A stretch of 64,000 nucleotides of DNA from Prorocentrum cordatum (Eukaryota): positions 1 to 64,000 of the forward strand of contig CAUYUJ010000248.1 in NCBI GenBank assembly GCA_963575745.1. The letters are read 5' to 3'. The position numbers were made by a program, and so were the translations under genes. Within the stretch, counting starts at the first letter, position 1, and each line of letters opens with the position of its first letter. The notes beneath the pieces were generated by a model, which did no database searches, was not told the DNA's origin, and worked only from the letters and a program-made list of their open reading frames with translations. Below, one piece after another: positions 57,601 to 64,000 of this stretch.

Positions 57601-58570
57601 CTGGTGCGCAAGGCGACCCCGGAGACCGAGCGGCTGGTGCTGAAAGTGCTGCACATCCTGATGCAGGCCAGCCAGGGCAAGGAGGGGCAGCCCCTCTGCC
57701 CCGAGTACGGGGAGGCGGTGACGCGGCTGTACGGCGCCACCTCGAACCCGCGCCTGCTCGTGCCCGTCTTCGACCTCCTCGACCGGAAGAACCTGCTCGA
57801 CTTCCTGCCGGCCGTCCTGCAGCTGGAGGCTCGGGGGCAGCGTCAGGGGGGCGGCCAGGCTCAGGGAGGTTGCGCAGCGACCCCCGATCGCCCACCCCGC
57901 CCGGGGACGTGCGGATTCGCTGAGGAGGGCCTGTCGCCGATCGATCGGCGAGGTGTCGCCGATGCCAGGTCGACGCTTCCCCCCAAGCCGATCCCCCTGT
58001 CGTTGCCCCTAAGAGGAGGAGGAGGTCACGAACGCCTTCAGGCAGCTGGTGCACAGCCGCTCGCCGCCCCTCAGCATCTCGGAGCTGCTCACGGAGCTCC
58101 ACCACATGAACACCCCCACGGAGAACATCGTGCCAGTCAAGTGCTCGATGCAGGCGCTGAACATCCTTTTCGCCATGCGGGAGCAGTTCGATCCGAAGGT
58201 CTACGGCATCGTGGTACAGTCGCTGGTGGAGGAGCCGGGCCGGTTGCCCACGCTGTTCATGCGCACTGTGATCCAGGTCGTGAAGGAGCTGCCCCGGCTC
58301 GCGGACTTCGTCGTGGTCGAGATCCTCCCCCGGCTGGCCAGGCAGGAGGTACTGGGCGACGACAACATGCGGCGCGGCTTCATGATCGTCCTGCAGCACA
58401 CGTTTGCCAGCCAGCCGGCCGGCGCCGCGAGGGTGCTGACGATGCTGCCCATCACGCAGCTGGAGGACGTGCTCGTGCAGCACCCGGACTGGAAGGCGCC
58501 GCTGCTGGACTACGCGTCCAGGCAGCCCGCGGGCGTCGTGCCGCCGCACGTCAGGCAGCTCCTGCAGTGA
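54688..58570 (+). CDS. SYMPK: Symplekin/Pta1 (pre-mRNA 3'-end processing scaffold); exons 54688-57828 and 58016-58570, ~1231 aa
   Basis: HEAT-like N-terminus; C-terminal RLLVPVFDLL, LPAVLQL, PLSISELLTELH, LPTLFMRTVIQ, LPRLADFVV.EILPRL, LP..QL match the symplekin C domain; strong GC3 coding bias. Confidence 0.9.
57829..58015 (+). mobile_element. 187-nt GC-AG intron formed by a TIR element (Introner/MITE, 57830-58013) with AGG TSD
   Basis: Left CTCGGGGGCAGCGTCAGGGGG vs reverse complement of right end CTTAGGGGCAACGACAGGGGG (17/21); AGG at 57827-57829 and 58014-58016; splicing restores the frame. Confidence 0.88.
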
Positions 58571-59904
58571 GGGCACGCCCTGGGGGCGCGGCTGCACGTG
58601 GCCCCCGCGCCGCCAGGATGCACCGCGTGTCCAGCCTGTCGAAGTCGGGCCCCCAAGTCTTGAGGGTCTCTCGAGGAGTGGCGGATGCCTCACCGCCCCC
58701 GAGGGCGGGGAAGGTCTCCACATCCACCGTCCCCGGGGGATCCGGCCAGGACTGCGGCACTTGTGGACATGGGTGCCTCCTGCCGGTGCAGGTTCTGCTC
58801 CTCCCTACTCCTCGTCCCTCCCCCTTCCTCCTGTCTCTCCTCCTCCAGCGCCGAGGATACATCATTTCCGTGCGCCCCGAGAAAATCAGGCGGAGCTTGT
58901 GCGTTCGAGCCGGGGCAGGGTTCCGAGGCCCGGAAGTGGGGCCACCCTCGTTCGCGGGGGGCCTTCTCCCTCGGGCCCCCCCCCCCCCGTAGGCACCACA
59001 AGGGGCCAGGCGGCCCGAGGGCGGCCGGCGCATGACCCCAAGAGGGCCCCGCGGCCCCTGGATCTTTCCAGCGAGCCCCGAGGAAGCAAACCGCGGAAAC
59101 AAGCTTGTCGTTGTCTCAGCCTGTGCAGCCTCCCAGCTCTTCTGGCCAAGGTTACCTCAGCGGGCCCAAGATATCCCCAGGCCTTGTCGAGATGGCCCCC
59201 AAGCAGGCCCCAAGACTGGCTCAGGGCGTCCTGGTGCTGCCTTGGGGGCGTCTGCCTCGGGATTACAGTTGGGCATTGTTGGGGCCGTCTTGGGGCCCAA
59301 GGGGGCCTTCGTTGGATGCTTCTCACACTGAGAATGTCTGTGCAAGGGCACGTGCAGCTGTTAAGAAGACGAGCGCTATGCTCCAAGACCCCTGCAGCGC
59401 GAGAGCATTGCGTTTGCACCTGTTCCCCTGTGCTGGTTCTCCTTCTCCCGGTCCTCCTGGTCCTCCCCTCCTCTTCGCCCTCCTCCACAGCTCCCTCCCG
59501 TTGTCCACCCTTTGCCCAGGCCAGCTTCCCGAACAACAACCCTGCGGAGTACATCGCTTTCAGCGTCGTGGGCCAGGAGCTTCTGCCCGTGCGTTGGGCG
59601 GGGTGCTGCCCTGGTTGAGCTGGGCCCGCAGAGACTGCCCCGCGGCTGCTTCCGCCAACGGGCCCCGAAGACTTGCGACAATTACGCCCGCTGGCACCGT
59701 CTCGCCACGCCTCCTGTGGGTCCATCTCCCTCTCTGTAGATATCTCTCTATGATTACAACCAGATGTGTATTTGCACGGGCTTGTACCTGTATCTATGCA
59801 TTCATGTAGTTTGTATATGTGGATGCGTGCATGTATATGCATGTATGTGAACATATGTATGTACATGCATGTACAACTATATGTGTACATGTATATGTAA
59901 ATTC

Positions 59905-62322
59905 TTGACGCTTCGCGTGTCCCCACCAGCTCCAACTGGTGCAGCAGTCGCGGATAAGGTCAAGGAGTACGAACATTGGAGGACAGGTGGCGCAAGTGAC
60001 AGGAAGGCGGTTGCCCTCCCCTCCCTGGGTCATCTCCCACTTGGCTTCGGATGCAGCCCCCAATCGGACACGAGGACAGTGCCGGATCTCATCATGACGC
60101 CGACGGGCATGCACATCCCCACGCGCGCCAACACCACTATCCCCATCCTCCGGGTCAGAGATGAGCGGTTCGGCTTCAAAGCTGCGGAGAACAAGGTCTA
60201 CTCAGCTCGGTGCGACACATGCCCCCCAGGGGCACCGCTCCTAGTCTGGAAGATTGGAGCACCTCCCCTGGGCTGCTTCATATGGAAGCCAAAGGAATGA
60301 GTGGGTGTGCCCGAGCAAGCCGGGCTGCCTCCCATCGAACGGCGAGCCATAGCCTGGTGGGGGCGCGACTGGAACGCCACGTGGTGCTGCCGGCGGTGCC
60401 TGGTCACCATCTGGAACATCGGGCCCGCGACCTTGGACCACATCATTGGGAGAGACTACAGGGCACTTTATCCAGCTGAGGCCCCTGTCCTGCCAACGCT
60501 CAATAGCCAGATTGTGGCGGATGCGCCAGTGGATATTCTCAGCACCCTTCCCTGGATGGGCGCTGACGCCAAGGCCCCAGATCGCTTCACCAAGACAGGA
60601 GCGGCAAACCTCCCTGGGTCCAGCGCCTCGGGAACAGCTGCTTCCGTGGCCGAGCAGGCCCCCAGGACTCTCGCAGCTCATGGAGCTCCTGCCGGAGCTG
60701 CCAGTCCCTCAGTGGCCGCTCCTGGACAGCAGGGACGTCACCAACCCCACGCTCAGGCCAGACGACCCCAGGAGTGGGTCTGGCAACGGAGACGTGGTCG
60801 TTCAGCAGCTCCTCGTGACCAACCTCCGGGACTTCCACCCTGGATTGGACTACATTTGGCGACAGTTCTGTCACGGCCATTGCGATGATAACATCCCAGA
60901 GCCTAAAAACGAAGAAGCCTCTTGGCCAGGCAGTCGGTTGACGAGGTTTCTCAGGGCGGCGTACGGCGACAACATCCCGAAGGATTGCTCCCCGGTCAAC
61001 CAGCCCTGGGCAGGCAAGCGGCTGGCCGCCGCGCGAGTCGTCTCCCACCTCACCAACGGCGAGAAACACAGAGAGGCCTGGGAGCGGCACGTCTCGACCC
61101 TCGCCCCGGAGAGTGGCCTCAACCCAGTCAGACACGAGATGGGCACGCTGACGAGCTTCCTGCTCAGCCTCAGTGCCGATGCCCTGGCCTCGACAACCAT
61201 CACCTCCCTGGCGGAGTCGCACGTGCAGGCCATGAGCGAGGACATGCCCGGCAACGCGGCAGGGCGCCCTCCGGCACAGTGGCTGGGCCCCAAGCTCGAA
61301 GCTCCAGCAAGACCCGAGGGAGGCACCTCCACAGCGGTTCGTGCAGACAACTCCCTGGGTACGAAGGACGCCGAAATGGGTGCTGGAGACGCGAAGGTGC
61401 CTGGCCTAGCTGCCAAAGAGGAGGGCGACGAAGACGAGGTTCCTGCCACTGAGCGAGCGGATTCGGCCGACTTTGGAAGCCCCCACGAGCCTCCTCCCCC
61501 TGATGACTGCGCGGACCCGGCCGCTGGCCCCGCTGAAGATGATGGCCCTGGCGCCAGGCCGCCACAGCAAAGCCCAACGGCAGAGCGCATGGAACCCAGC
61601 TCCGACGACGACCCCTTGGCCGCCTGGGGTCGTACAGCCACCACCGAGCAGAACGCCAGTGGTTCCAGCGGGCCAGGTCAAGATGAAGCCGCGCGAGAGA
61701 GAGGCACAGCGCAGGACCGCCGCCCCCCACTACGCAACCCACAGACACCAGATCGCAGGCTTGCCTACTCTGGCGCAGCGGGACGACACGCTCTCAACCA
61801 GCTGACCGACGCCCACGGAGGCCCCATGTACAAGGCCTGGTTGGGCTCCGTGGAATTGGAGCGCCGCGGAGATACGCCCGCCAAGCGCATCACCAAGTGG
61901 ACTTGGGTGGAGTATTATGCGAAATGTGGGCGGCCTACAGAAAAGGCGCCCGGATCCCTGGGTGCAAGGATCCCAAGTCAGACCCGAAGCTGCACACGGA
62001 CGAGAACATCAACAAGTTCTTGGATGACTGGAAGCGCTGTGGATACGATGCCTACGCGATGGACAAGAAGTATAACTTCCGCATCGACTGGGCAACGGTT
62101 CGGTCCGAATACATGCGCCGCACCAGGACCGACGGCACGGGCAAGGGCAGCCACCAGCAGAGCAGCTGGTATGACCGAGCTGGGAGCTCCTGGGACGCCT
62201 GGGACAACTGGCAGAGTGGCTGGAGCTCTGGCTGGCACGACGACCAGTGGCAGTCAGGAGGCAAGCGTGGTGGCGGCAGGCCAGACGATCGTGGCGAGAA
62301 GAGACAACGGCGGGGCGACTGA
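59905..62322 (+). pseudogene. Disrupted ORF of unknown function (CxxC pairs, three W..C/H..P.(R/L)H..FL-like repeats, W/G-rich tail)
   Basis: Protein-like reading continues through TGA 60298-60300 and frame switches near ~60670 and ~61935. Confidence 0.55.
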
Positions 62323-62699
62323 GCCCCCCCCATCCCCAAGAGATTCAGGTGCAGCGTCCGATTTCCACACTCTGTGCAGCCTTCAGCTGCCTCCCTGGGT
62401 TACGTTTCATATACTCGTGTGGCGGCCTTCAGCCGCCCTCCCTGGTACACGCATTTCCTGCCTTTGGACCCAAGTGTGTTTACCAGCAATACCGTCTGCA
62501 TGACTGCGCTTGGGCGTGTCGCGTGCAGGCCATAGTTGGCCCCTGGCCCGTCTGTAGTACCCACCCATCCTGCGGGGTGGGTCCTCTTTCGAAGGGACGG
62601 CGCCCCGCGTGTTCCTCACTCCTCCTCCCCCTACGATATAATTACCTGGCGATATGATTACGAGCCTATACCATTTCACACCGATATATATAACCCTCA

Positions 62700-64000
62700 C
62701 ACGCTCCGTGGCCTATGGGGAAGCTCACGAGGCCCCAGTGGCAGGGTTCCGCTTGCCCGCGTGCCCATTTCGGCACACCCCTCACACGTTTCGTGGCCCC
62801 ATAGGGAGCTCCACCGAAGGCCCCAGTGGCTGCGTTCGCATGCCTCCCAACCACCCATTTCGGCACACCCCTCACACGTTTCGTGGCCCCATAGGGAGCT
62901 CCACCGAAGGCCCCAGTGGCTGCGTTCGCATGCCTCCCCACCACCCATTTCGGCACACCCCTCACACGTTTCGTGGCCCCATAGGGAGCTCCACCGAAGG
63001 CCCCAGTGGCTGCGTTCGCATGCATCCCCACCACCCATTTCGGCACACCCCTCACACGCTTCGTGGCCATCGGAGTCCATCGAAGGCCAGTGGAGGGGCC
63101 GATGCACTCCCCCCCACGTTCGTACCCCCGTCACAGTTTCGTGGGCCCATTGCGGCGTCACCCGAAGGCAGAGGCAGGGTCCGATTGCTTCCACACTCCC
63201 TCTAATCTGATCCCACACACGCTTGTGGCCCATTGGGCTCCACGAAGGCCCGGTGGCAGGGTCCGCAAAGCTCCCCAACATTTCGGCACACCCTTCATCG
63301 TTTGTGGCCATTAGGGGAGCTTACAACCGGAAGGCCCCAATGGCAGGGTCGCATGCTTCCCCCGGCCTTTCGGCACACCCTCACCAACGAAGGCCGTGAG
63401 GGTGGCCTGCTCCACCACCCATTTCGACACCCCTCACACGTTTCGTGGCCCAAGGGCTCTCCCCGACGCTATAGGGCGCGGTCGCATGCCTACCACCACA
63501 CTTTCACGGCACACCCCTCACACGTTTCGTGGCCCCATAGGGAGCTCCACCGAAGGCCCCAGTGGCTGCGCCCGCATGCGGTTCCACCCCCCATTCTGGC
63601 ACACCCCTCACCCGTTTCGTGGCCCCATAGGGAGCTCCACCGAAGGCCCCAGTGGCTGCGTTCGCATGCCTCCCCACCACCCATTTCGGCACACCCCTCA
63701 CACGTTTCGTGGCCCCATAGGGAGCTCCACCGAAGGCCCCAGTGGCTGCGTTCGCATGCTGCCCCCACACCAATTTCGGCACACCCCTCACACGTTTCGT
63801 GGCCCCACAGGGAGCTCCACCGAAGGCCCCAGTGGCTGCGTTCGCATGCCGCCCCCACACCAATTTCGGCACACCCCTCACACGTTTCGTGGCCCCACAG
63901 GGAGCTCCACCGAAGGCCCCAGTGGCTGCGTTCGCATGCCGCCCCCACACCAACTTCGGTGCACCCCTCACACGTTTCGTGGCCCCATAAGGAGCTCCAC
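62700..64000. repeat. 90-bp satellite/minisatellite array
   Basis: cccatttcggcacacccctcacacgtttcgtggcccc at 62764, 62854, 62944 and onward; runs off the window end. Confidence 0.95.

Noticed and set aside
53827..58992. 1721-aa ORF as a single protein
   Set aside because: The first ~287 codons are non-coding-like, and after 57828 it reads through the intron into the wrong frame; the symplekin homology continues in another frame
62700..64000. 90-bp and 73-bp arrays as CRISPR or coding repeats
   Set aside because: Contiguous near-identical units without spacers, open in multiple frames

Overview
Repeat-saturated, GC-rich eukaryotic genomic DNA, most likely dinoflagellate. This is an inference from a GC-AG intron with AG|G borders, degenerate spliced-leader-like 21-mers before ORFs, intron-poor genes and very large TAG/CTA arrays. 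Recognisable host genes are a full-length symplekin (54688-58570) whose single intron is a TIR/TSD-bounded Introner, an intronless PDI-like thioredoxin-fold protein (47404-48699), and a GT15 (Kre2/Mnt1) mannosyltransferase split by a 633-bp insertion (13449-15104). Mobile DNA dominates. It includes a LINE with a twin-priming 5' inversion and 20-bp TSD (21443-26706) and two copies of a Helitron2/Helentron-like element with asymmetric TIRs, one carrying a PIF1 helicase remnant. There is also a head-to-tail array of a second hairpin-ended family, a (CAA)n-associated ~770-bp element in four copies, and many micro/minisatellites. Most long ORFs in the track are artefacts of simple repeats. There is one 100-N gap (38373-38472).
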